Below are positions 27,040 to 37,153 of a stretch of DNA of 64,000 nucleotides, in pieces (position 1 is the first letter of the stretch; every line of letters begins with the position of its first letter). Origin of the DNA: an uncultured Gammaproteobacteria bacterium (GTDB lineage: Bacteria > Pseudomonadota > Gammaproteobacteria > Pseudomonadales > Oceanobacteraceae). The stretch covers positions 179,312 through 243,311 of the forward strand of contig CAWKOX010000033.1 in assembly GCA_963851095.1 (NCBI GenBank). The letters run 5' to 3'. The translations under genes and the position numbers were made by a program. The notes beneath the pieces are model-generated. The model searched no databases. It was not told the DNA's origin and worked only from the letters and a program-made list of their open reading frames with translations.

Positions 27040-28203
27040 TTATTCACCTCGAAGTATCTGGCCGTTAAATGTTAAACCAGGCAGTTGTTCACTGGTGCCA
27101 AAATCCCATATCGATTCATCCCAATCTTTATAAAGAGTAACCGGCTCGTATAGTCCTTCATTTTTACCGTCACTTGAAACACACGCACTATTATTACTTG
27201 TGGTATCTGCGTTAACAGCACAACGTAATATGGATGAATCAAGGCCAATATAGCCATTCTCTTCTCTAGCGCTGGTACTGTGTATCTGTTGTGATAAATC
27301 TTTAGCCCAGTAGCTATGGAACACTTCAGGTGCGAATGCACCTTTCCCCACTAATCCGCCGTGCCTTCCTTGATCTGCTACTAAAGGTTTAAGAATACCT
27401 GTATTAATACTGTTAGATACAGACAGCTTACTCAGGTGAGCATTGCCAACGAGACCGCCTGTCGTAACAGCGGTTACCGTACCTCTATTCATACTGTTGC
27501 TGACGCTTACTTTTGCTTGAGTAAATCCAATGAGGCCGCCAGCAGACGAGCGTTCATGAGTTGCGTTGATATCAATGCTATTAAAACTAGACTCAAGGTG
27601 GGTATCGAACGCAAGGCCGATAAAACTACCTACTGAAGTGCTTCCGGTTATTGAGCCTAGATGGCCTACTAGGCCCAGTTGTTTGATGAATGCGTTATTG
27701 GTTACCGAGAATAAACCGATTTTTGATGTGTATTCATCATGAATGTATAAGTTCTTGATTAGATACCCATTGCCATGAAAGGTGGCTGAAAAAGGCGCTT
27801 CTCGAGTTCCAATAGGGAGCCAACCAAAGCCTTGGTCCCAGTACTCATCTGCGCTGTCCATCATGCCATCATTATTGGTATCAAAATCTAAATCCGTGGT
27901 TAATTCGAAGCCGTTGCATCCATCAATCTTATCATCAGCTAATGTGGGGCAGCCGGTATTAGATCCATAAAGTTTTTTGCCATTAACATTATTTCTTATT
28001 TCATTTAAATCACTCAGATCGTTAATCTCAATAAGGCCATTATTATCTAAGTCGTAATCGCTGCGGCCACTATTATCTATTCCGTTAAGGGCATATGTAG
28101 GGCTACTGAAAAGTAAAATAAGTTGAATTGCATATCGTTTGTTTATTGATTTCTGCGTGGCTGAAATATTGCCGGAGCAGGGGTTGTTCTTTATGAGTAG
28201 CAT
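27040..28203 (-). CDS. secreted GLUG-motif protein with two EF-hand/dockerin-type Ca-binding loops
   Basis: The internal ATG at 28203 gives MLLIKNN...LLFSSPTYA/LNG (signal). There are two canonical 12-residue loops, DLDNNGLIEIND and DTNNDGMMDSAD, then repeated GGL(I/V)G motifs (AGGLIGF, TGGLVGN, HGGLVGK). Confidence 0.55.
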   Translation of the reverse strand: MLLIKNNPCSGNISATQKSINKRYAIQLILLFSSPTYALNGIDNSGRSDYDLDNNGLIEINDLSDLNEIRNNVNGKKLYGSNTGCPTLADDKIDGCNGFELTTDLDFDTNNDGMMDSADEYWDQGFGWLPIGTREAPFSATFHGNGYLIKNLYIHDEYTSKIGLFSVTNNAFIKQLGLVGHLGSITGSTSVGSFIGLAFDTHLESSFNSIDINATHERSSAGGLIGFTQAKVSVSNSMNRGTVTAVTTGGLVGNAHLSKLSVSNSINTGILKPLVADQGRHGGLVGKGAFAPEVFHSYWAKDLSQQIHSTSAREENGYIGLDSSILRCAVNADTTSNNSACVSSDGKNEGLYEPVTLYKDWDESIWDFGTSEQLPGLTFNGQILRGE

Positions 28204-28349
28204 CAAGTTCGTCCATGTAAATTGATTCAAATGAAGGTTAGCACAAGATTGTATATTACAAAAAAAGAGGGTCGAAATTACCCTAAATTGGTACTGTTCG
28301 GGTACAATCGCGTCCATTTTTTAACCTTAAGTATTCGAACTAGAAAATT

Positions 28350-29144
28350 ATGTCTGATGACTATCTTGACCGTTTTGGTGGTATTGCCCGTTTATATGGC
28401 ACCGAAGGCCTAGAACGCCTGCGTAATGCACATGTATGTATTATTGGTATTGGTGGCGTGGGCTCTTGGGCTGCTGAAGCCGTTGCTCGAAGTGGTATTG
28501 GCGCAATTACCTTGATTGATATGGATGACCTTTGTGTCACTAATATCAATCGTCAGTTACCGGCAATGGATGGCAATACAGGCAAGCTCAAGATCGAAGC
28601 GATGGCTGAGCGGTTAAAGGCGATTAATCCACATTGTAAAATCACAACTCACATGGACTTTGTCACAGAGAAAAATATGAAGGCCCTAATTCATACAGGT
28701 TTTTCTTATGTGATTGATTGTATCGATAGCGCTAAAAGCAAAGCCGCTTTAATTGCTCATTGCCATATCAATAAAATCCGCATCGTTGTAACGGGTGGCG
28801 CGGGTGGCCAGATTGACCCATTGCAAATCCAGATTATCGATGTGAATAAATGTGCTCATGATCCGCTGATTTCTAAAGTGCGTTCAATTTTGCGCAAAGA
28901 TTACAGCTTCTCTCGTAACCCTAAGCGCTATTATTCGATCCCGTGCGTCTACTCGACTGAACAAATGACTTACCCACAGCCCGATGGCAGTGTGTGTCGA
29001 ATAAAGCCTGATGATGACGGCAGCACGCGTTTAGATTGTGCTTCAGGTTTTGGCTCGGCAACTATGGTGACGGGGACTTTTGCTTTTGTTGCAGCTTCTA
29101 GAGTTGTGAAGCGTATCGCAGAAGGCGCGGGTAAAAAATCTTAA
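28350..29144 (+). CDS. tcdA: tRNA threonylcarbamoyladenosine dehydratase (ThiF-family E1-like)
   Basis: 264 aa. RFGG.ARLYG...L..L..AHVC..GIGGVGSW.AEA.ARSGIG.ITLIDMDD.CVTN.NRQ and TGGAGGQIDP.QIQ closely follow E. coli TcdA/CsdL. Confidence 0.85.
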   Translation: MSDDYLDRFGGIARLYGTEGLERLRNAHVCIIGIGGVGSWAAEAVARSGIGAITLIDMDDLCVTNINRQLPAMDGNTGKLKIEAMAERLKAINPHCKITTHMDFVTEKNMKALIHTGFSYVIDCIDSAKSKAALIAHCHINKIRIVVTGGAGGQIDPLQIQIIDVNKCAHDPLISKVRSILRKDYSFSRNPKRYYSIPCVYSTEQMTYPQPDGSVCRIKPDDDGSTRLDCASGFGSATMVTGTFAFVAASRVVKRIAEGAGKKS

Positions 29145-29201
29145 AGGGTGGAGAGACTCAGGCTATACTAAGTATAAAGAATTATAGATAGGAATAGGGT
29201 G

Positions 29202-29882
29202 ATGGCAGATCCAAAGTACGATATTTACTTTCGTGGAGAAATCTTACCGGGTGCTGATGCTGCTCAGGTTAAGTCTGCAATTGCACAAATATTCAAAGCT
29301 GATGATGCTAAATTAGCGATTCTTTTTTCAGGTAAAGTTAATACCATCAAAAAATCGGTGGATAAAGCCACTGCAGCAAAATATCAACAGGCTTTTAAGA
29401 AAGCGGGCGCAAAAGCGGTTATCACGTTGGCAAAACAGGTGCAGTCTTCAGAGCCCCCAGCTGCTCCTGTTACCGCTCAGCAAGAGAATGTGCCACCATC
29501 TAAGCCTGATAATACACCTGCGGTTAAACAGGCTATTGCTGACGCAAATTGGGATGTATTGCCGAGTGGAAGTGATTTACTAAAGCCGGATGAGCGTCGA
29601 GACATACCCGATGTCGATATTGATACCAGCAGCATTAAGGTTGTTTCGCCATTTGCCGAAATCGAAGTAGAGAATAAACCCATACCGCCAGCACCTGATA
29701 CGAGTCACATATCAGTAGCAGAGGTGGGTGAGGATATGAATCCGAATAAGGCTCCACCTGCCGCTGATCTAGTATTGGATTTATCGTCCTTTAGTATTGC
29801 GGAAGCAGGTGCTGCATTAACTGATGAGAAAGAGAAGAAAACCCCTCCAGCCCCTGATACCAGTCATATTGAACTAGAGTAG
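29202..29882 (+). CDS. hypothetical protein with a Pro-rich linker and duplicated PPAPDTSHI motif
   Basis: Compact N-terminal domain of about 75 aa, a P/A/Q-rich linker, then two copies of (K)xPPAPDTSHI (nt about 29686-29712 and 29842-29868). The second copy is at the extreme C-terminus. Confidence 0.4.
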   Translation: MADPKYDIYFRGEILPGADAAQVKSAIAQIFKADDAKLAILFSGKVNTIKKSVDKATAAKYQQAFKKAGAKAVITLAKQVQSSEPPAAPVTAQQENVPPSKPDNTPAVKQAIADANWDVLPSGSDLLKPDERRDIPDVDIDTSSIKVVSPFAEIEVENKPIPPAPDTSHISVAEVGEDMNPNKAPPAADLVLDLSSFSIAEAGAALTDEKEKKTPPAPDTSHIELE

Positions 29883-29919
29883 CAAGTGCTGGAGCCTTAA
29901 TTAGAGACTTTAAAGTACG

Positions 29920-30591
29920 CTAGCACCAGCTGGCGATACCTTCAGGGCGCTCTAACAATTCTTGAATATTGGCTTCTAATACTCGATAACCAACATTTCC
30001 GTAAAGCTTTTGGCGGCCATTATCTAATAAATAGGTTGGGCTTCCTTCCAATTTGTTTTTCTCTCTCATATCCATATCGGCACACAAGGCTGCAATTGCA
30101 GAGCCGTCATTAAGCTTTGCTTGAATCAAATCTGTTGGTAATGACATAGATTGAGCAATTTCTACCAACACGCTTAGCTGGCTAATATCACGCGCGTCTT
30201 GAAAAAATGCTTTGCGGATATTCAAAATCATCGCTTGGAAATCGCTATTGCTGACAACGGCTTCTGCGACCAAAAGCTGGATGGCTTTTAAATATAAATG
30301 GCTGTTGGCAGAGGATGCCGGTTTGCATGTTAACCAAACATTTGGATTAATTTTTAAATGTGGAAATCCTTCGGCAACGTTAAGCACGTGTTTGTTGAAA
30401 CCTTCAAACCCACCTTTATCTTTCCAGCCTTCTGCAATACGCGTTTGAGTATTACCAAATAAGGTAATGAAGTGCTCATTAACCTCAATCTTTTCTCCAA
30501 ACTCCTGGTTCAGTTCATCAAGGCGGATTTGTGCAACATAGGCCCAGATACATAAGACATCAGTGAAATAATCTACAGTTATTTTGGGCAT
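29920..30591 (-). CDS. DsbA-family thioredoxin-fold protein (single-Cys variant)
   Basis: 223 aa. The N-terminal ..VDYFTDVLCIWAY.. occupies the position of the DsbA/FrnE CxxC, but only the first Cys is present (C-I-W-A). C-terminal GSPT..L is a cis-Pro-loop-like motif. Confidence 0.65.
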   Translation of the reverse strand: MPKITVDYFTDVLCIWAYVAQIRLDELNQEFGEKIEVNEHFITLFGNTQTRIAEGWKDKGGFEGFNKHVLNVAEGFPHLKINPNVWLTCKPASSANSHLYLKAIQLLVAEAVVSNSDFQAMILNIRKAFFQDARDISQLSVLVEIAQSMSLPTDLIQAKLNDGSAIAALCADMDMREKNKLEGSPTYLLDNGRQKLYGNVGYRVLEANIQELLERPEGIASWC

Positions 30592-30922
30592 GTTAATTCT
30601 CGACTTTTTGGGTATATAAAATATTGTTGGGTTATTTAATATAACTATAGGGGAATATAGATGGCTGTCAATGATTTCAACCTAGGGGATTCAAAATAAT
30701 GCAGTCTGTTTAGGGCGGTTATCTGTTTAAATAAAATATGTCTTTAGACCTAGTGCGCCACTTCTGATACCTGATGTTACATAAATGTCCTATTTTGAAA
30801 CAATACTGATTTTTATAGCTGGCATACTGCGTCCGATTTTCTTTTGCGTTCATATACTCACCCAGCATAATTTAAACAACTGTGGGTAGTGAATGCTGAC
30901 TCTTAAAATAGGTTCCCTTCAG

Positions 30923-32446
30923 ATGAAACAACGTGTTTTAGTTGCAGCGATTACTGCTGCTGTATTGGCTCCGGCTGCTCAAGCCTCTGGTTATAAATTG
31001 AACGAACAAAGTGCTGCGGGCGCGGGTACTGCTTATGCAGGTCGTGCTGCTGTTGTTCAAGATGCAAGTATCGTATTTTATAACCCTGCTGGTATGGTGA
31101 AATTAGACCGCGCTGAAGTGACTGTGGGTGGATCTGTTCTAATGACATCCGGTAGCTTCGACCTTGATAGCTATACTAATGGCGCAGGTAAAGAGTATAC
31201 CTCTGTAGAAGGAAGCCCTTACTCAGACGGCGGTGATTTTCTTTCTACAGCCGTTGTTCCCTATGCTTATTACGCACGGCCTATTAATGATAAATTCGCC
31301 GCTGGCTTAGGCATCTTTGTTCCGTTTGCAACGAATACTGACTACAAAGATGATTTTGTGGGTGGCGGTTTTGCAGATCAAACAAAACTAACGTCTATCG
31401 ATATTCAGCCAGCGGTTGCTTACCGTGTGAACGATGAGTTCTCGGTGGGTTTTGGTTTAGATATTACCTATATGAAGGGCTTGTTATCTAAGCAGGTTGA
31501 TACTGTTCCTTATAATGAAAACTTGAAATATCTTAATGGTGGTAAAAATCCTGCTCATGCGGGCCTTGGTTTCGCAGAATTGACGGATGCCCAATGGGCG
31601 GGGTCTGCTGGCTTTGAAAACCATTATGAAGTTGAGGGTGATGATTGGCAGTTAGGATACAACCTAAGTATGATGTGGGATCTGAATTCAGATATTACTT
31701 TAGGTGTTACTTATCGTTCAGAAATGAAATTCAAGCTTAAGGGTGATTCTGAATTTAAGCAAAGCCAAGGTGTTTTTGGTTTAACTAAAGCCCCGACAGA
31801 TATTCCTGGAACAGCTGTACAAGCAGGAGATTACATTATTGCTCCTGTTGATGGCTCAACGGGTTCAGTGCCTAAGCAAGGTTCTGAAGTGCCTATTACA
31901 ACCCCTCAGTCTTTAACTATAAGCTATGCTCACCAACTCACTGAGAAGTTTCAATTAGTGGCTGGTGCAACGTGGACTCAGTGGTCTGTTTTTAAAGATT
32001 TCGATGTAATTTCTACTGAATCTGCACCTGGCATGATCGAAGAATTGAGTGATTTAAAAGTTAATGGCCAGCATACGGGCTATATTGGTCATATCGAAGA
32101 AAACTGGAATGATGTGACGGCGGTTGCGATTGGTGCTAACTATCAGTTAAACGATGATTGGTTATTACGTGCAGGTTATGCGAATGACCAAAGCCCTGTC
32201 AGCAACTCTTATCGTACTGCTCGTGTTCCTGATAACGACCGTGAATGGTTGAGTGCTGGCTTTAATTATCGTATTGATCAGGACCTAGATGTAGATTTTG
32301 CTTTCTCTTATATGTTCTTTGAAGATACTAGAATTGATGAGTACAACCGTGATTTAGCGGGTAACCCTAAAGATCAAACAAACCTGCAGGGCGAGTACTC
32401 GATGGATGCCATGGGTGTTTCTTTCCAGGTGAACTACAAGCTTTAA
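30923..32446 (+). CDS. outer-membrane long-chain fatty acid / hydrophobic compound transporter (FadL/OmpP1/TodX family)
   Basis: The ATG at 30923 gives MKQRVLVAAITAAVLAPAAQA/SGYKLNEQSA.G.G.A.AG.AA...DAS....NPAG, the classic FadL N-terminal hatch. It has a C-terminal aromatic-rich beta-barrel end (..VSFQVNYKL). Confidence 0.8.
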   Translation: MKQRVLVAAITAAVLAPAAQASGYKLNEQSAAGAGTAYAGRAAVVQDASIVFYNPAGMVKLDRAEVTVGGSVLMTSGSFDLDSYTNGAGKEYTSVEGSPYSDGGDFLSTAVVPYAYYARPINDKFAAGLGIFVPFATNTDYKDDFVGGGFADQTKLTSIDIQPAVAYRVNDEFSVGFGLDITYMKGLLSKQVDTVPYNENLKYLNGGKNPAHAGLGFAELTDAQWAGSAGFENHYEVEGDDWQLGYNLSMMWDLNSDITLGVTYRSEMKFKLKGDSEFKQSQGVFGLTKAPTDIPGTAVQAGDYIIAPVDGSTGSVPKQGSEVPITTPQSLTISYAHQLTEKFQLVAGATWTQWSVFKDFDVISTESAPGMIEELSDLKVNGQHTGYIGHIEENWNDVTAVAIGANYQLNDDWLLRAGYANDQSPVSNSYRTARVPDNDREWLSAGFNYRIDQDLDVDFAFSYMFFEDTRIDEYNRDLAGNPKDQTNLQGEYSMDAMGVSFQVNYKL

Positions 32447-32484
32447 TCATTCAAATGATTGAGTAAAAAAAGTAGTGAATAAAA

Positions 32485-32516
32485 GGGCGACTGGGTTAAA
32501 CCCGTCGCCCTTTTTT
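32485..32516 (+). terminator. rho-independent terminator after the FadL-family gene
   Basis: gggcgac(t)ggg-ttaaa-cccgtcgccc followed by TTTTTT. Confidence 0.7.
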
Positions 32517-32569
32517 GTTGTGTGTTTTTCGTTATACTCACTGCATAACATTAAAATAAGAGAAGTAGC

Positions 32570-32998
32570 ATGTCTAAAAAAACAGTCGGCCTTGCAGGCT
32601 TAGCCGGTTTAACAGGTTTGGGCAGCGATACAACCACTGTATCAGATCAAAGCGCCAGTGCAGGTTCGGTTTACTCGACTGAGTTAGGGCGTACTTGCCC
32701 TGAGTGTGGAAAAGCAAAGGGTAAATGCGTCTGTAGTAATGAATCAATGCCTGAAGGTGATGGCATTGTGCGAATTCAGCGTGAAACTAAAGGTCGTAAA
32801 GGTAAGGGTGTTACTTTAATTACGGGTATTTTATTAGCCCCAGCCGAGCTGAAAAAACTGGCGAAAGAATTAAAGCAAAAATGTGGTGTGGGTGGTGCGG
32901 TAAAAGACGGAGTGATTGAAATTCAAGGCGATGTGCGCGAGCAGATGTTTGATGAAATGAAGCAGCGTGGCTTTACTGTAAAAAAAGCGGGCGGTTAA
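32570..32998 (+). CDS. yciH: SUI1-family translation initiation factor-like protein YciH
   Basis: The C-terminal 100 aa (..GIVRIQRETKGRKGKGVT.I.G....ELKKLAKELK.KCG.GG.VKDG.IEIQGD.R......L...GF.VK..GG) matches the SUI1/YciH fold. There is an N-terminal extension of about 35 aa. Confidence 0.8.
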   Translation: MSKKTVGLAGLAGLTGLGSDTTTVSDQSASAGSVYSTELGRTCPECGKAKGKCVCSNESMPEGDGIVRIQRETKGRKGKGVTLITGILLAPAELKKLAKELKQKCGVGGAVKDGVIEIQGDVREQMFDEMKQRGFTVKKAGG

Positions 32999-33045
32999 GT
33001 TAGTGGGTTAAATCTGCCTGTAAAATGAGTATAAAAAATTCAAAT

Positions 33046-33086
33046 AAAAAAGGCGTCTACTTTGATATAGGGTAGACGCCTTTTTT
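33046..33086. terminator. bidirectional rho-independent terminator between yciH and pepA
   Basis: AAAAA-ggcgtctac-N11-gtagacgcc-TTTTTT. Confidence 0.7.
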
Positions 33087-33144
33087 GTTTCTTAAGCTCT
33101 TTATGTAAAAGCTAGCTTTTATTCAGTAACTTATTTTAAGCAAC

Positions 33145-34638
33145 TTACTTGTTTAATAAATAGTTCACTAACAAAGGTACAGGACGGCCAGTAGACCCTT
33201 TGTTTTTACCACCGGAATGCCAAGCAGTACCAGCGATATCTAGGTGAGCCCAAGATTGGCCTTCAGTGAAGCGCGCCAAGAAACATGCCGCGGTTGTAGA
33301 GCCCGCAAGACGACCACCAATGTTGGCGATATCGGCGAAGTTAGAATCTAACTGTTCTTGATAATCGTCTTCTAACGGCAAGCGCCACACTTTATCGTGA
33401 GAATCGACAGCCGCTTTTTGCAACTCCGCCGCTAATGATTCATCTTCGGTGAATAAACCCGAGTTCACGGTTCCTAGAGCCATCATGCAAGCGCCGGTTA
33501 AGGTTGCGATATCAACAATAGACGCAGGCTTTAGATTATCAATCGCATACGTCAAAGCATCACATAATACTAAGCGACCTTCGGCATCGGTATTTAGAAT
33601 CTCAACCGTTTTACCGGAAAGCGTAGTCACGACATCACCTGGCTTACTGGCATTACCTGCTGGCATATTCTCTGCGGTGGTGATCATGCCAATAATATTG
33701 ATTTTTGGCTTTAGCTCAGTCAAAGCGGTCATCGTGCCTAATACCGACGCTGCACCACACATGTCGTACTTCATTTCATCCATGCCAGCGCCAGGCTTTA
33801 AGCTGATGCCGCCGGTATCGAAGGTAATACCTTTACCTAAAATAAGGTGAGGGGCTTCGTTTGCATCGTCAGCACCTTGGTATTTCATCATGATGAATTT
33901 GCCGGGTTCGCTAGAGCCTTTAGACACTGAAACGAATGCCCCTGCGCCCATAGCGTCCAATTCAGCTTCATCGATAATGGTGGTTTCGATTAGGCCCGTT
34001 TCTTCGGCTAATGCTTCAGCCTGATCGGCTAAGTAGGTTGGGGTACAAATATTAGGTGGCATGTTGCCAAGGTCTTTGGCGACAGATACGCCGTGAGCAA
34101 TTGCTTGGCCTTTTTCTAGTGAGGCTTGTACGTTGGCATCCCCTGCCCAAAGAATGTTTTCAATCGAGTCAGAGTAATCTTCTTTTTCGTGCTCTGGCTT
34201 GCTCTTGGTCTGATCAAATAAGTACAGGGCATTTTCACAGGCAATCGCAGCTTGCTCAGCTTTCCAAGCATTGTCTTTGCCAATGACTGGAATATCTTGT
34301 AGGTATAATGCCGCTTGAAGAGCGCCTGATTTTTTAATGGCACTGGCAGCGGCTTCGGTGACTTTAATGTAGTTTTTGGCGGTTATGCCCTCGGCTGTTT
34401 TGCCGGTACCCACTAAAATTAGACGTTGAGCAGTAATCCCCGGTACTTTAAATAGCATTAGGGTTTCGCCCGTTTTGCCATCGAAGTCGCCGCTATCAAA
34501 AATATCGGTTAAATATTGCTCAGCGGCTTTGTCGATGCTATTGGCGGCGCTCGATAATTTGCCTTGGTCATCGATGCTTACAACGATGCAGCTGGCCAAA
34601 AGTTCGCAGGCATTCTCTTGAGTAGTGCTGAATTGCAT
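33145..34638 (-). CDS. pepA: leucyl aminopeptidase (M17)
   Basis: 497 aa. M17 signature NTDAEGRL.L.D and metal ligands (GKGITFDTGG.SLKP, DM.GAA). Confidence 0.92.
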   Translation of the reverse strand: MQFSTTQENACELLASCIVVSIDDQGKLSSAANSIDKAAEQYLTDIFDSGDFDGKTGETLMLFKVPGITAQRLILVGTGKTAEGITAKNYIKVTEAAASAIKKSGALQAALYLQDIPVIGKDNAWKAEQAAIACENALYLFDQTKSKPEHEKEDYSDSIENILWAGDANVQASLEKGQAIAHGVSVAKDLGNMPPNICTPTYLADQAEALAEETGLIETTIIDEAELDAMGAGAFVSVSKGSSEPGKFIMMKYQGADDANEAPHLILGKGITFDTGGISLKPGAGMDEMKYDMCGAASVLGTMTALTELKPKINIIGMITTAENMPAGNASKPGDVVTTLSGKTVEILNTDAEGRLVLCDALTYAIDNLKPASIVDIATLTGACMMALGTVNSGLFTEDESLAAELQKAAVDSHDKVWRLPLEDDYQEQLDSNFADIANIGGRLAGSTTAACFLARFTEGQSWAHLDIAGTAWHSGGKNKGSTGRPVPLLVNYLLNK

Positions 34639-34836
34639 TATTTGCTCCGGTTAAGATAGAAATACGATTAAAAAATATCTGAATATGGGTTTAACGATAA
34701 GACATATATGGGTGCTTTGGAAAGAAATATCAAGCTTCTTTTGAGTTCGTCTTTACTGGCTGAATTAATGAGAAAGCTATACACTGCGCGATAGCAGTAA
34801 TATTGTTATTTTATGGTGCTATAGAAGGCTGAAAGT

Positions 34837-35907
34837 TTGATTATTTTTCGATATTTGTCCCGAGAATTGTTTACCTCAATGGCAGCGGTCACTGGGATAT
34901 TGTTAATGATATTGATGAGCAGTCGCTTAATTTATCAGCTGACGGCTGCAGCAGCGGGCAAAATTCCCCTTGAAATCGTCTTCTTCACCTTGTTACTCCG
35001 CATGCCATCCTTCCTTGAGATGATTCTTCCTCTGTCTCTTTTTATTGCAATTTTATTGGCTTATGGCCGCTTGTACGCTGAAAGTGAAATGACGGTTCTA
35101 ACGGCAACGGGTTTCTCAAATGGAAAACTATTGGGTTATACGTTATTGCCCGCTGGTATTATTACTCTTTTAGTTGCTTTCTTTAGTTTGTATCTAAGTC
35201 CACTTGGGGCTCAGAAAATGGAAGACCTGTATCGTAAGCAAGCCTCAATGACTGAGTTTGAATTACTTGTACCCGGACGATTTCAAAGTACGGCTAAAGG
35301 CTCTCGAGTTACGTATACCGAAGGCTTAAGCAATGACAAAAGCCAAATGAATAATGTCTTTATTGCCGATGGTAATACCATTTTGCTCGCCGAATCTGGA
35401 ACCCAAAAAGTGAATCCTGATACCGGCTCACGATTTTTAGAGCTGCATAATGGTAAGCGCTTCGATATTACGCCGGGTAAGTTAGATGCCGAGATCTTAG
35501 ATTTTGAATTGTACGGGGTGAAAATTGCGGGTGAGCAAGCCGAGCGACGACGAATAAAAAAAGAAGCCATCCCTACCAGTGAATTATTTGGCAATGAAAG
35601 TGAAAGGCATATTTCTCAGCTGCAGTGGCGCTTTTCGTTAATTATTATGGTGCCTATTTGCGCGATGATCGCTTTTCCACTTTCTAAGGTGAACCCTCGT
35701 CAGGGGCGATTTGCTCGTTTATTCCCTGCGATTATTTTATTTATGATGTACATAACATTGCTGATTTCTTTAAGGGGGATGTTAAGTAAAGGCAATATCG
35801 CCCCAGAAATTGGAATGTGGTGGGTGCATGGGGTGTATGCATTGATAGGCTTAGGGTTGTTATTTATTCCTGAGTGGAACCGTCGTCGTAAGATTAGGAA
35901 GTTGTGA
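34837..35907 (+). CDS. lptF: LPS export ABC permease LptF
   Basis: TTG start. MIIFRYLSRE.. is the typical LptF N-terminus. It has 6 TM segments with a periplasmic beta-jellyroll insert and is divergent from pepA, as in many gammaproteobacteria. Confidence 0.85.
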   Translation: MIIFRYLSRELFTSMAAVTGILLMILMSSRLIYQLTAAAAGKIPLEIVFFTLLLRMPSFLEMILPLSLFIAILLAYGRLYAESEMTVLTATGFSNGKLLGYTLLPAGIITLLVAFFSLYLSPLGAQKMEDLYRKQASMTEFELLVPGRFQSTAKGSRVTYTEGLSNDKSQMNNVFIADGNTILLAESGTQKVNPDTGSRFLELHNGKRFDITPGKLDAEILDFELYGVKIAGEQAERRRIKKEAIPTSELFGNESERHISQLQWRFSLIIMVPICAMIAFPLSKVNPRQGRFARLFPAIILFMMYITLLISLRGMLSKGNIAPEIGMWWVHGVYALIGLGLLFIPEWNRRRKIRKL

Positions 35908-37025
35908 TGCGCCAGTTAGATTCTTATATTGCCCGTACTGTTCTAATGGCAACCATGGTTGTCATGATTGTGATTGTTGGTCTTGATGCAATTTTTACTT
36001 TAGTGGATGAGTTAGATAATTTAAAAGGTAATTATCAGTTGGTTGATGCTTTGTTCTTTTCAGGGCTTCGACTTCCACGCCGCATTTATGAATATATGCC
36101 AATGGCGTGTCTTATTGGTTGCTTGGCTGGGTTAGGCTCAATGGCGGCGAATAGTGAATTAACCGTTATGCGAGCGGCAGGTATTTCGATCAACCGCATC
36201 GTATTTTCAGTTTTAAAACCAATGGCCGTATTGATGTTCATTTCTTTATTATTGGGTGAATATGTTGTGCCATCTTTAGAGCGAATTGCTCAGGCACATA
36301 AAGCGGTTGCCCAGGGTGCTAATGAAGCACTGTCGAATAAAGGCAAAGGCTACTGGCATCGTGAAGGTAATACCTTTATGCGCTTTAATGCGGTAGAGCC
36401 GGGTGGTGTATTGCACGGTATAACACGCTATGAGTTTTCAAAGACTGCTGTTGAAGAGTCTGAACTAGACGTAACCGATACGGAAAATGTGCAGCCTGCT
36501 GATGAGTTGAAGCAAGTCGTCTATGCTCAGCGAGCGATTTATCAGCGTTCGTATTGGCAGATGGAAAATATTGTTATTACTCATTTTGAAAATGATAAAG
36601 TCTGGCGCGAAAAGCATGAAACCGGGCGCTGGGATACCGAACTAACCCCTGAAAAACTCAGTGTTGTGATTGTTAGTCCGAGGGATATGTCAATCTCAGG
36701 TCTCTATCGCTACGCCAGCTATTTGGATGATCAAGGCTTAAATTCTGACGCCTATATGTTGTCTTTCTGGCGAAAAATAACTCAGCCTTTAAGTACCTTT
36801 GCATTGGTGATCTTGGGTATTTCATTTATCTTTGGTCCCTTGCGATCAGTCACTCCAGGTTATCGAATTTTTAGTGGGATTATTGTGGGGATGATTTATA
36901 AGTATGCTGAAGAGTTGCTTTCTCCTGCGAGTATCGTTTTAGGATTTGAACCTATTTTAGCCAGTATTATTCCAATCGGGTGCAGTTTTGCTCTAGGTTT
37001 ATTACTGATGAGAAAGGCCGCATAG
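35904..37025 (+). CDS. lptG: LPS export ABC permease LptG
   Basis: Overlaps the lptF stop by 4 nt. LD.YI....L and the YjgP/YjgQ permease layout are present. Confidence 0.85.
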   Translation: MMRQLDSYIARTVLMATMVVMIVIVGLDAIFTLVDELDNLKGNYQLVDALFFSGLRLPRRIYEYMPMACLIGCLAGLGSMAANSELTVMRAAGISINRIVFSVLKPMAVLMFISLLLGEYVVPSLERIAQAHKAVAQGANEALSNKGKGYWHREGNTFMRFNAVEPGGVLHGITRYEFSKTAVEESELDVTDTENVQPADELKQVVYAQRAIYQRSYWQMENIVITHFENDKVWREKHETGRWDTELTPEKLSVVIVSPRDMSISGLYRYASYLDDQGLNSDAYMLSFWRKITQPLSTFALVILGISFIFGPLRSVTPGYRIFSGIIVGMIYKYAEELLSPASIVLGFEPILASIIPIGCSFALGLLLMRKAA

Positions 37026-37153
37026 TGTTTCATTTGAAAAAGCTCGCTAATTCACTAGCGGGCTTGTCATAAAGTCTTTAGTATATTTAGTTAGTCAATT
37101 CTTGATAAACAAGATAATAAAAATAATAAATAAAAATACTGATAGGCCTTTTA

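Noticed and set aside
33449-33850. 133-aa plus-strand ORF inside pepA
   Set aside because: Shadow ORF antisense to the conserved M17 catalytic domain.
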